The position numbers and the translations under genes are program-made. From Candidatus Pacearchaeota archaeon (GTDB taxonomy: Archaea; Nanobdellota; Nanobdellia; Pacearchaeales; GW2011-AR1), in assembly GCA_050124795.1 (NCBI GenBank), contig JASFEO010000004.1, positions 1,968-65,967 on the forward strand: a DNA stretch of 64,000 nucleotides, given 5' to 3'. Positions within the stretch are counted from its first letter, which is position 1. Every line of letters starts with the position of its first letter. Below the pieces are notes generated by a model. It searched no databases. It had not been told where the DNA came from and worked only from the letters and a program-made list of their open reading frames with translations. This document shows positions 18,459 through 27,800 of this stretch, piece after piece.

Positions 18459-19175
18459 TTACCATACTTTTATTGTCAGGAATCCTGGGTTTATATCTGC
18501 CTCGCTATCAACAAAAAGAACAGGAATCTCTTCTGCGTAAACACTTGTCGAAACATTTTCATCAGGAGTCTCAATTAAAATTGTTTTTTTATCTGTAAAT
18601 GAAAATCCGAAATTAGACGAAACCTCCAGACTAAGATTCTCCTTAAGTGAAGAGTAATTAGACCAGTAATCAAGAATCACATCATTAATCTTAGATAAGA
18701 AAATTTCATTATTAATATTAGCTGATTTGAAAATATAACTATCATTTGAAAGTAATTGGCAGCCGGGGAGATTCCCTTTTCCAACAGTCCCGAACTCCTC
18801 TGAATTATATATTCTAAAAAGAGTATCATTAAGACTATTTCTATCGATCAAAAGATCATCCTGGTGATCTCTTACCTCAGTTATAATCCCACCGGATTCA
18901 TTTTTTAAAATAAAATTCTCGCTCTTCAATTGCCCGACAAAATCTTTCAGGCGAACACAATTAGAACTCGTAGTAACATTGATAACAAAGGTTATTCCCT
19001 CCATTTCTGACGAAAACGCTTCAATTAATTCTATTTCAATATTATCAAGAATCTTTTCTTTGTCTTCCTTTATCTGGATTGAAGGCTGCAATATCGAATA
19101 TAAAAATACAATAAAAGTTATAAAAATAACAAATGACAAGATCACCCCGACATGAGAACCCTTTTTTGAATGCAT
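18459..19175 (-). CDS. prepilin-like protein
   Basis: MHSKKG/SHVGVILSFVIFITFIVFLYSIL N-terminus. Located inside the pilus locus. Confidence 0.55.
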   Translation of the reverse strand: MHSKKGSHVGVILSFVIFITFIVFLYSILQPSIQIKEDKEKILDNIEIELIEAFSSEMEGITFVINVTTSSNCVRLKDFVGQLKSENFILKNESGGIITEVRDHQDDLLIDRNSLNDTLFRIYNSEEFGTVGKGNLPGCQLLSNDSYIFKSANINNEIFLSKINDVILDYWSNYSSLKENLSLEVSSNFGFSFTDKKTILIETPDENVSTSVYAEEIPVLFVDSEADINPGFLTIKVW

Positions 19176-19214
19176 AGATTAAATAAGAAAATTAGATTTA
19201 TTAATTTAACTTAT

Positions 19215-20054
19215 TTACGCACCAAGAAATAAATTAGCCACAGAGAAAATCAAAAAAGAAATAACCATTAATGCAAAAGAATGTTTAATCCCTGCCTTAA
19301 TGTTCCCCTCAGAAAGTTTTCCTATGGCGAGCCCGGAAAAAAAACCCTGAATCAAAAGCAAATATAAAAAAGCATCTGCTAATTCGGAACTTTCAATTGG
19401 AACAATAGTAGATGTCCCGGAAAAACCCGCTTCTAAGCCGGCTCCTGCAAGACCTGTAACCATCGGCAAAATCTTAAACTGCATTATAAGAATAATTAAA
19501 ATAAAAACAAAGAAAATTATATAACCCTGAACAACAAGGGTGGAAATTGCTGCCTTTCTTTCTTTTTTTAATTTATCTGTCATTGTCACTGCCCCTGCGA
19601 CTGCCTGTAAAATCCTCCCGATATCCCCCCCCGCCTTTTCTGCCTGGCCGATTAAAGTTAATGCTCTTGAAATTGTTTTGTTATCAACATCCTTTGAAAA
19701 AGTCTGCAAAGCAGAATTTAATGGAATGCCCAAGGAAATTTGATTTGCGAGTTTTCTTACATTCTTGCTTAAAACCCCGTAAGACTTCTTCTTCAAATTA
19801 ATTATACTTTTACTTATCGGAGTTCCGCTTGAAACACTTTCAACTAAGTTTCTTGCAAATTCCAAAAACATTTCTTCTTTTTCATTAGCAATTCTTGTTT
19901 CATTAATACTGGTTACAACAAAAGGAATCGCCCCGATAAGCAGACCAAAGCCAATTAAAATAAAGAAAAAAGAAGTATCAATAAAAAATAGAGATCCAAT
20001 CACGATTAAAAGAGAAACTGCGATTGAAATCCAGTGTATTTTTTTTAATTCCAT
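19215..20054 (-). CDS. type II secretion F-domain platform protein (TadC/FlaJ-like)
   Basis: Polytopic protein. The cytoplasmic helical domain between TM segments is typical of T2SSF. It abuts the preceding platform gene (TAA then ATG). Confidence 0.65.
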   Translation of the reverse strand: MELKKIHWISIAVSLLIVIGSLFFIDTSFFFILIGFGLLIGAIPFVVTSINETRIANEKEEMFLEFARNLVESVSSGTPISKSIINLKKKSYGVLSKNVRKLANQISLGIPLNSALQTFSKDVDNKTISRALTLIGQAEKAGGDIGRILQAVAGAVTMTDKLKKERKAAISTLVVQGYIIFFVFILIILIMQFKILPMVTGLAGAGLEAGFSGTSTIVPIESSELADAFLYLLLIQGFFSGLAIGKLSEGNIKAGIKHSFALMVISFLIFSVANLFLGA

Positions 20055-21377
20055 TTATGTGCTCGGCTGTTTTAAATATAAAAATGTAAGGAAGAGAACA
20101 TTAATCATTGAAACTCCAAGTATCATTATAAGAGTGATAACTGAAGTGCTTAATGCAATTCCAAGACCGCTTATTTTAATTAAAATAACAAGAAGCATTA
20201 AAATCATCGGCGCTGCAATAACTACACTTATATAAATATCCATAAAAGTTTCTGCAGACTTAGTATATTTTTCCCTCTCAAGGCGGTAATCAAAAAGAAG
20301 TGTCTCTGATCTCTTGTCAAAAAATTCTCTTAAATCCCCCCCTGAAGTAATTGTTGTCGCGAAGCCATTAAGAAGTTCTGCAAGTTTTTTGCTTGGAGTA
20401 TTTAACGCAGTACTCTTCAAAGCATTAACAAGATCATACCCATAAATAGCGATTTCATTTATTAATTTTATAAATTCCTTTTCAATTGCAACATATTCTT
20501 TTGTTGAAATTAAAACACTAAAAATTTTGCTTGGGTCAATCAAAGAACCTGAGATCGCGAACATATGAATTGCTGCGAATGGAAGTTCCTGATTAATCTG
20601 GTTCTCAAGTGCCTTTTTCTCCATTGAAGGATAAAAATATCCAAAAGCAAAAGTTACAAGAGGAATTGCAAAAGGAATCCAAAAAATTTTCAATAACCTG
20701 CTTATTGGATCAACTGCAGCTCTTGTAATGATCGGCCACTCTGCCCCGAAATTAAAGAATATAAAGAATAAAAGAATAAAAAGTGAAACAAAAAAAGAAA
20801 GAAGAGTTGTAAAAAAAAGAGTTGAAATATAACTCGCAGGAATAAACTGCAGATTTGCTTTTATCAAATCTCTTTCAAGCCCCCTAAAAATTTCGCTCTT
20901 GGAAACCGAAGAAGAAAATTTAAAGAAAAATCTATTCGCAAATAAAACATATTTATTTGGTTTTTTTATCTTCTTTTTTGCCTTAACTGCTTTTTTCTTT
21001 TTTACTCTTTTCAAGGTCTCTTTCTCAAGACTTGATATTCCAATCTCTTTTTCAAAAGATTTTCCAAATAAAGATTCAAAAACTCCTTTCTTTTTTATTT
21101 TTGGTATTTCTTTTTTATTTGGAAGGTTGTCTCTCATTTCAACTTCATTAGAAGTTTTTGGAATCAAGGGTTTTGCAATAGAAATATTTTCAACAAAAGG
21201 AATAATATTTTTATTTTCATCTTTTAATGACTTAGTTAAAGAATTAATATGAGACATAATTATTTTTCTCTCAGAACCCCTTCTTCCGCTTAAAGAAGAA
21301 AAAGAAGACTCAAGTTCATTAAATATTTTTTTCTCATTCATGATTATCTCTTTTAACTTAACAAAATCAGGCTTCAT
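20055..21377 (-). CDS. type II secretion F-domain platform protein (TadB/FlaJ-like) with a long N-terminal extension
   Basis: The C-terminal half has the T2SSF layout (helical domain flanked by TMs). The N-terminal ~150 aa are K-rich and soluble. Confidence 0.6.
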   Translation of the reverse strand: MKPDFVKLKEIIMNEKKIFNELESSFSSLSGRRGSERKIIMSHINSLTKSLKDENKNIIPFVENISIAKPLIPKTSNEVEMRDNLPNKKEIPKIKKKGVFESLFGKSFEKEIGISSLEKETLKRVKKKKAVKAKKKIKKPNKYVLFANRFFFKFSSSVSKSEIFRGLERDLIKANLQFIPASYISTLFFTTLLSFFVSLFILLFFIFFNFGAEWPIITRAAVDPISRLLKIFWIPFAIPLVTFAFGYFYPSMEKKALENQINQELPFAAIHMFAISGSLIDPSKIFSVLISTKEYVAIEKEFIKLINEIAIYGYDLVNALKSTALNTPSKKLAELLNGFATTITSGGDLREFFDKRSETLLFDYRLEREKYTKSAETFMDIYISVVIAAPMILMLLVILIKISGLGIALSTSVITLIMILGVSMINVLFLTFLYLKQPST

Positions 21378-21550
21378 TTTAAAACTTCCTCGATCTTTTT
21401 CTGTGCTTCAAGAATAAATTCTTTTAACATTTGAACTCCGTCATAATTTTTATTTTGATATGCAGTCTCAAGTTTCACTTCTGCTTCCCCAAGACTTCTG
21501 ATTAACTGTCCCAAAAAAATAATCTCTTCTTTTTTCAATCCCTCTTTCAT
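21374..21550 (-). CDS. unannotated 58-aa helical micro-protein, first gene of the platform operon
   Basis: ATG 21550 to TGA 21374: MKEGLKKEEIIFLGQLIRSLGEAEVKLETAYQNKNYDGVQMLKEFILEAQKKIEEVLK. The stop overlaps the next ATG (ATGA). A TATA-like box sits about 25 nt upstream of the ATG. It falls below the 60-aa track cut-off. Confidence 0.5.
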   Translation of the reverse strand: MKEGLKKEEIIFLGQLIRSLGEAEVKLETAYQNKNYDGVQMLKEFILEAQKKIEEVLK

Positions 21551-21571
21551 CAACTAAAATAGTAAAGATAG

Positions 21572-21579
21572 ATTATAAA
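21572..21579 (-). promoter_or_regulatory. TATA-box-like element (TTTATAAT on the minus strand), possibly giving a leaderless transcript
   Basis: 21 nt separate the box from ATG 21550. No Shine-Dalgarno sequence lies between them. Confidence 0.35.
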
Positions 21580-21602
21580 TATTTTGTTTTAAAAAATAAA
21601 AA

Positions 21603-23024
21603 TTAAGCAACAGTTATGGAAGTGTTTCCAAGAGTTGTAGTTACGCTTCCTCCTTCAAGACCATAAACTCCTCCAAAGTTATAAGTCCCCGGAGTTGTTG
21701 GCGCCTGAACAGTATATGTAAATGGATCATTTCTTACATCATATGGAGACAAAGAAAAATTATCAATCCATACCCATGCCAACCTTGTTGAATTGCCATA
21801 TCCTCCATCATCATCAGTTATAGTCCATCCTACAGGGATATATTCTTCCAAAGCATAATATTCTTCTCCACTCTGAAGATATACATAAACATCAATATTC
21901 ATTGTTCCACCAGGCGAAATAGTTGAACTTGAAAACTCTCTATACATCATTGAAATTGCTGGTGAAGTACATGTTTGGTTACAGCATCTTGTTGAATCAG
22001 ATGCAACCAATATTGTTCCTCCGCAGGTCTCTGCTCCAACACAAATATCTCCTGAGCAAGGTTGAGATGAACCATTGCTTACAGCCAAAGTTCCTCCTGA
22101 ACTAATAATACTTTCACTTTCTCCTGCAACATATGCAATAAAATAATAATCCCTTGGATCTATCCCAACATCATCATCACCAACATATGTCCATGATGCT
22201 ATCCAGGATCCACTTGAAGAAGTTCCTGAAAAAGTTATATTAGCAGGATTTGTAGGAGAAGTTGGAACAAGGTCATCAGAAACAAGAAAATCATATTCCC
22301 AAATCTGAAACCAAATATCCTTGCCATCACAATCAGTTCCCTGAAGATTCATTGAAACAGTTGCCCCATCAACAACACTTAAAGTACTCCAGAAAGCATT
22401 TGTCAAATCACATGTCGCAGTATCAATTTCACAACTTCCAATAGAAGTATTACAATGATAACCTGAAGAACATGAACCGCATCCACAAGTAGAACCATTC
22501 ACACTATAATATCCACAAGTATAACTATTGTCAGAACAAAAAGAAGGACAATTAACAGAAGCCCCACCACCAGCTACATTCAATCTATAAAAAGCAATAA
22601 TCCCCCCTGTAATTGTTTTTCCTGAATCAGACTTATATATCGGAGCAATAGAAATTGTTTGAACATTATCAATATCTAACTGAGCTAATGTAAAATTAAA
22701 TCTCTTTTGCCCTAATTCTTGTAAACTAATATCATCAAATTCAAAAACTTCAGAATTTTGCCCATCATTAACAATAAATTTCAATCCATATAAATCCCCT
22801 TTTCCTGCATTTCTTTTAACATCAATCTCAGCATAGTCAGTTGAATTATCAACATTCACATTTTTTATATCAAGACTTGTTGTAAACTTATCAAGAAAAA
22901 TTTGTTCCCCCCCTTCCTGAACAAGGTTTGCAATTACAACCCAGACAATTCCAATTGCAACTAAAACTAAAAGAATTATTATCAAAGTTGTAACAATAGT
23001 ACTCAACCCCTTTTTCTTAAGCAT
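21603..23024 (-). CDS. large prepilin-like protein with a Cys-rich adhesin-like C-terminal region
   Basis: MLKKKG/LSTIVTTLIIILLVLVAIGIV class III-type N-terminus. Cys-rich block (CPSFCSDNSYTCGYY..CGCGSCSSGYHC). A module similar to one in ORF 14437-15993. Confidence 0.65.
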   Translation of the reverse strand: MLKKKGLSTIVTTLIIILLVLVAIGIVWVVIANLVQEGGEQIFLDKFTTSLDIKNVNVDNSTDYAEIDVKRNAGKGDLYGLKFIVNDGQNSEVFEFDDISLQELGQKRFNFTLAQLDIDNVQTISIAPIYKSDSGKTITGGIIAFYRLNVAGGGASVNCPSFCSDNSYTCGYYSVNGSTCGCGSCSSGYHCNTSIGSCEIDTATCDLTNAFWSTLSVVDGATVSMNLQGTDCDGKDIWFQIWEYDFLVSDDLVPTSPTNPANITFSGTSSSGSWIASWTYVGDDDVGIDPRDYYFIAYVAGESESIISSGGTLAVSNGSSQPCSGDICVGAETCGGTILVASDSTRCCNQTCTSPAISMMYREFSSSTISPGGTMNIDVYVYLQSGEEYYALEEYIPVGWTITDDDGGYGNSTRLAWVWIDNFSLSPYDVRNDPFTYTVQAPTTPGTYNFGGVYGLEGGSVTTTLGNTSITVA

Positions 23025-23115
23025 GCTACTTATAGAAAAAAAGAGTTTATAAATATTTTGCTAAACAAAATCCTCAATAATAATTTAATTAGTCCTGCCA
23101 CGAAGAGAAATAAAG

Positions 23116-24684
23116 TTAAATCTGAACCTTAAACTTTTTCAGAACTTCATCCGGCTTTTTATAATATTCATCTACTATTTTCTGAACCTCTTCAAACCTA
23201 AAGATTTTATTTCTATAAAGAGAATATATTAATTTCGTCCTCTTTCTAAATTCCTCTTCAAGCTCATTCATCTTCATCCCGGTTCTCTTTGCGATCTTCT
23301 CAAATATCTTTGAATTTTTCTTAAAATAAAATTGATCATCAGCAGGATTCCACACAAAAGGGGTATTTGTTACTGCAACACCATCGGGGTTTACATTTAC
23401 AATCTCGACAATCTGCTTTAGTTTTCTTGTCTCATGACGATTAACAGTAGCATGAGTCATAATGCCGACACAATCAAGAACATTAACAAGCGTCGGTGAA
23501 AGTTCAATCGGCGGGGTCTCCAACCTTTTAATCACAGTATCAACTGAATCTGCATGCATAGTGCTAACTGAAGAATGACCTGATGCCATCCCCTGAAATA
23601 AAACAAATGCTTCTTTTCCCCTCACTTCACCGACGATAACATAATCTGGATTCTGTCTAAAAGAACTTCTAAGCAAAGTAAACAAATCAATCTCCTGGGT
23701 TTCATTAGAACCGGTCGCCCCTCTTGCAACACTTGGAAGCCAGTTTTCCCTCGGCAAATTCAATTCTCTTGTGTCCTCAATCGAAACAACCCTTGCTTCA
23801 GGAGGAATAAAAAACGCAACAGCATTCAATAAAGTTGTTTTTCCCGACGCTGTTCCCCCGGTTAACAAAATATTCATCTTATATTGCACCAAAAGCCACA
23901 AATACGCAAGCATCTCTGCAGACAAAGTATTCATTGACAATAACTGCGTCGGTGTCCATGGGGTTTTTGTAAACTTCCTTATTGTAAAAGTAGGCCCCCT
24001 CGACGTAATATCCTTTGTATAAGTTGCATTTACACGACTCCCATCAGGAAGACTTCCATCGAGAATTGGTCTTGCATAAGAAATATATTTTCCGCACCTT
24101 TGCGCTAACTTTTCAACAAAACTTGAAAGCCTTTCGATATCCTTAAAAACAAGATTTGTCCTCAAGTTTCTGTAAACACGATGAACAATATAAACAGGAG
24201 TGTCCGCCCCATTGCACTCAATATCCTCGACAAAATAATCCCTTAATAACGGGTCAACCTCATTAAAACCAATAAAATCCCTGCACAAATAATAATATAT
24301 CTTCTTATAAGTTTCATAATTAATATCTATCCCAAAATCAACTGCCAAAAACTTAAACCTCTTATCAATATACTCAAGAAGCTTCTCCTCCTTTTTCTCA
24401 ACAATCTCCTCAGTATTAATCATATCCCTTAAAATAGATTTCATTTTTTCCTTATACTCAAACTCCTCCTTGCTTAACAAAGGCTCTTCAATCTCATAAA
24501 CAACTTCATAAATCTTCGGGTCCCAATAAATATGAACATAAGCAAAAGGCGCAGCAAGACAATACCGAACATTAATCTTTGTCCTGTCTTTTATTTTTTT
24601 CAATGGATAAACCTTTGGGGAAAAATCCAAATACGGTCTTGCATAATTTTGTATTACTTCTTTTATTGAACTTTTCTTTTTCAT
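23116..24684 (-). CDS. type II/IV secretion ATPase (FlaI/PilB/VirB11 family)
   Basis: Walker A LLTGGTASGKTTLLNA. GEVRGKEA and Asp/His-box regions. The length and N-domain are typical of archaeal pilus/archaellum ATPases. Confidence 0.9.
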   Translation of the reverse strand: MKKKSSIKEVIQNYARPYLDFSPKVYPLKKIKDRTKINVRYCLAAPFAYVHIYWDPKIYEVVYEIEEPLLSKEEFEYKEKMKSILRDMINTEEIVEKKEEKLLEYIDKRFKFLAVDFGIDINYETYKKIYYYLCRDFIGFNEVDPLLRDYFVEDIECNGADTPVYIVHRVYRNLRTNLVFKDIERLSSFVEKLAQRCGKYISYARPILDGSLPDGSRVNATYTKDITSRGPTFTIRKFTKTPWTPTQLLSMNTLSAEMLAYLWLLVQYKMNILLTGGTASGKTTLLNAVAFFIPPEARVVSIEDTRELNLPRENWLPSVARGATGSNETQEIDLFTLLRSSFRQNPDYVIVGEVRGKEAFVLFQGMASGHSSVSTMHADSVDTVIKRLETPPIELSPTLVNVLDCVGIMTHATVNRHETRKLKQIVEIVNVNPDGVAVTNTPFVWNPADDQFYFKKNSKIFEKIAKRTGMKMNELEEEFRKRTKLIYSLYRNKIFRFEEVQKIVDEYYKKPDEVLKKFKVQI

Positions 24685-24685
24685 T

Positions 24686-25324
24686 TTAATCTATATCAAT
24701 ATTTATACTTAAAACCTCCTGAACATATTTGCAATAATTAGCAATACAATATTTTGAAAACCCAACTGAATATTGGGGATTTGTGCATGTTGAAGTATTT
24801 CCTGATGAACAATTGGAAGACAAATCAGTAAACTGATAATGCCCCCGATTAAGGATAGTTGCCTTATAAGAATTTGACGAAGAAGAAAGAATCTTTAATT
24901 TGTCTTCTGCAAAATAACTTAAATTGTATTCATCTGAATAATCTTTTGTTAAAGTTACATTATTTATTTTCCCGATTTTCTCTGTATAAAAGGTAATCCC
25001 CGACGCATCATTGTCAATCAAAACCCAGGGTTCAGAATATTGATATTTGCTTTCCATTTCAAAAATAATCTTATCAGACTTTGCATCAATTATGAAATTT
25101 CCTTTTTTTACTCCAAGTTCAATTATTCTTTGGTTTCCCGGAGCCTGAGACAAATCCTTAAAAACAGAGTCAAGAGTTTTCATTAATCCAAGGGATTGAT
25201 CAAGCACTGCCTGGTCCCGGCCTGCTTCAATTTTTGGTTTCACAACAGAAATTACTGTTCCAATCATAATCAATGCAATTAAAGTATAAATTACAGTTTC
25301 AACCCATACCTGACCTCTTTTCAT
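24686..25324 (-). CDS. prepilin-like protein
   Basis: MKRG/QVWVETVIYTLIALIMIGTVISVV N-terminus. Confidence 0.6.
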   Translation of the reverse strand: MKRGQVWVETVIYTLIALIMIGTVISVVKPKIEAGRDQAVLDQSLGLMKTLDSVFKDLSQAPGNQRIIELGVKKGNFIIDAKSDKIIFEMESKYQYSEPWVLIDNDASGITFYTEKIGKINNVTLTKDYSDEYNLSYFAEDKLKILSSSSNSYKATILNRGHYQFTDLSSNCSSGNTSTCTNPQYSVGFSKYCIANYCKYVQEVLSINIDID

Positions 25325-25366
25325 TCATCTAATATGAATTCTTAATTAATAAACTTAACGCAAAAA

Positions 25367-25876
25367 TTAACTCGCTAAGATTGAACAATCAGGAATATCA
25401 TAAACAGTGTCTGAAACCTTGCACGCTTTTCCATCTATAATAGGGGCCACCTCGATAAATCCTGGCTTGCCGGAAAATCCGGTTCCAATATAAGTTCTTC
25501 CTGAACTTTTATTTGGAATTACAACCTGTGCTCCTGAAGGGTAGGCAGACAAATCCGCAACAGTCGACAAAACATTTGTTATTTCATAAGACTTGGAAGC
25601 CTTTGTTGAACTATCAAAAACAGAGACAATTAATTTTTCCAAATCAACATCCCCTACATTTATCGAGAACTGAACATCATACGACGAAGAATTATAACAA
25701 GTATATTTGCTGTTAATTGTCACAGCATCAAAAATCCCAAAGCATGACTCTGCCTCTTCAAGACGATCTTCAACTAAATTCTTTACCATAACCCATACAA
25801 AACTAACCAAAGTAACAACCAGCAAAACAAGTATCAATACAGTAACAACCCCTGACAAACCTCTTTTTCTTAACAT
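25367..25876 (-). CDS. prepilin-like protein
   Basis: MLRKRG/LSGVVTVLILVLLVVTLVSFVWV N-terminus. Confidence 0.65.
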   Translation of the reverse strand: MLRKRGLSGVVTVLILVLLVVTLVSFVWVMVKNLVEDRLEEAESCFGIFDAVTINSKYTCYNSSSYDVQFSINVGDVDLEKLIVSVFDSSTKASKSYEITNVLSTVADLSAYPSGAQVVIPNKSSGRTYIGTGFSGKPGFIEVAPIIDGKACKVSDTVYDIPDCSILAS

Positions 25877-25927
25877 ACAAAATAAAAAATTTACAAGTTT
25901 ATTAATTTATCTGCTAATTAAATAGAA

Positions 25928-26371
25928 TTAATAAATAACAAGTTCATAGCCATGCTGGTTTTCATCACAGACAAAAGTTCTCTCTCCTCTTTCAGAACTT
26001 CCCAACAACACAGGAATTAAAACTATATTTGTTGCGCTCCCAATATTAACTCCTCCTGAAAAACTTCCACCCTGACTTAGGCCGCTAAACCCGGTTACAT
26101 CAACAGTATCATAACTTCCTTCTCCAATAACTTTCATTTTCATTCCATAAATCGGAACATTCCCATTATTGACTATTGATAATTCCCCTGCAGAATAACC
26201 CGCGTCAAAAGAAACATCATTGCAAACAAGTTCAATGTTCGTCCCTTCAAACTTTGTAATTGATTCCCGCGTCATTCCTTGAAACCATAAAAATATAATC
26301 AACCCAATAACAACAACCATCGCAATTAATAAAACCGTCGCAATCACCGGCGAAACCCCTTTTCTTTTCAT
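25928..26371 (-). CDS. archaeal type IV pilin (class III signal peptide)
   Basis: MKRKG/VSPVIATVLLIAMVVVIGL is the classic archaeal pilin N-terminus. Confidence 0.8.
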   Translation of the reverse strand: MKRKGVSPVIATVLLIAMVVVIGLIIFLWFQGMTRESITKFEGTNIELVCNDVSFDAGYSAGELSIVNNGNVPIYGMKMKVIGEGSYDTVDVTGFSGLSQGGSFSGGVNIGSATNIVLIPVLLGSSERGERTFVCDENQHGYELVIY

Positions 26372-26468
26372 AATAAAAATAAATAAATATGTTTTAAATA
26401 TGTTTTGATAATTAATTGTTAAATTTTAACAGCCCGCGCAATCGCGGGCATCTTCTAATCTCCACTCC

Positions 26469-27800
26469 TCATTCATTCAATCTTTCTATCGCATTAGCTA
26501 TTTGTAACATTCGCTCGTCGCAGAATTTGTCGCATGCAATCTGCATTCCAACAGGCAAATTATTTATCTTTCCAATAGGCAAACTAATTGCACAATTCCC
26601 AACAATATTCATTGGACAAGTAAGAGCATCATAAAAAAACATTTCTTCATCACCTATTTTCTCTCCAATCTTATGCGGCAGCCTCGGAACAGCAAAAGAA
26701 ACAAGCGCATCAAATTCCTGGAAAACTTTTTCAAATTCTTTTTGCAAAAGTCGCCTGACTTTTAATGCCTGATTATAATACCTCCCCTTATGTTCAGCTT
26801 TTGAAATTTCCCTCCCGCCTAAAATTCTTCGCAAAACTTCTGGCCCGCATGTGTCTTCAATTCTTTTCCCGAATCTCCTTCCATCAAACTTTCTCGTGCC
26901 TGAAAAAAACTCAGTATAAACAATTGGATAATAAGTTGCCAAAGCCAAATCAATATAAGGAATCTTCACCTTCTTTATTTTCCAGCCATACTTTTCACTT
27001 GCCAAATTTATTTTCTTATTGATTAATTCATCAATTCTTTCGTCACTAGCAGGAAAATCAATTAAACCAATAGTCAAGTTCTTAGGAATTTTTTCAATAT
27101 TTTTTAAATTAATTTTTTTATTACCCTGACTAATTGAATCGTGCTTGTCTTTACCATAAATCACACTTAATAATAAGGCAGCATCTCTAACATTTTTTGC
27201 AATTGGCCCTATTTGATCAAAACTCATGCACATGTCTATAAGTCCGTAACGGGAAACACTTGAATAAGTTGGTTTTACTCCAACGACTCCGCAATGACTT
27301 GACGGCACTCTTATGCTCCCGCCAGTATCAGTTCCGAGGCTTAAATCACAAAAATTTGCAGCAACTGATGCGACACTTCCTGAAGAAGAACCTCCTGCAA
27401 CCAAACTTAAATCATGAGGATTTTTTGTTGGACCAAATGCACTTGTTTCACCTGACCAACCGCATGCAAACTCATCACAATTCACCATTCCAATAATAAG
27501 CCCGTCTTCATCCTTAACTTTACGAATCGCAGTCGCATCATATGGAGATTTATAATCTTCTAAAGTTTTTGAACCACAAGAAGCATGAAACCCTAAAACA
27601 TTAATAACAGCCTTAACAGAAATAATTTTGCCGGCAAGTTTTCCAGCAACACCTTTTTTTATCTTTTCATCAATTTTTTTAGCTTCATCAATTAATACTT
27701 TTTCAGGACGAAGTTCGAGAAATGCATTTATCTTTTTACCTTGTTTGTCATTTTTCTTTATTCCTTCTAAATATTTTTTTAGTTTTTCAAGTGTTGTCAT
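26469..27800 (-). CDS. gatA: amidase-signature protein, Glu/Asp-tRNA amidotransferase subunit A-like
   Basis: GGSSSGSVASVAA amidase signature and GTDTGGSIRVPSSHCGVVGVKPTY. Its position is consistent with an operon headed by a GatC-like ORF. Confidence 0.75.
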   Translation of the reverse strand: MTTLEKLKKYLEGIKKNDKQGKKINAFLELRPEKVLIDEAKKIDEKIKKGVAGKLAGKIISVKAVINVLGFHASCGSKTLEDYKSPYDATAIRKVKDEDGLIIGMVNCDEFACGWSGETSAFGPTKNPHDLSLVAGGSSSGSVASVAANFCDLSLGTDTGGSIRVPSSHCGVVGVKPTYSSVSRYGLIDMCMSFDQIGPIAKNVRDAALLLSVIYGKDKHDSISQGNKKINLKNIEKIPKNLTIGLIDFPASDERIDELINKKINLASEKYGWKIKKVKIPYIDLALATYYPIVYTEFFSGTRKFDGRRFGKRIEDTCGPEVLRRILGGREISKAEHKGRYYNQALKVRRLLQKEFEKVFQEFDALVSFAVPRLPHKIGEKIGDEEMFFYDALTCPMNIVGNCAISLPIGKINNLPVGMQIACDKFCDERMLQIANAIERLNE

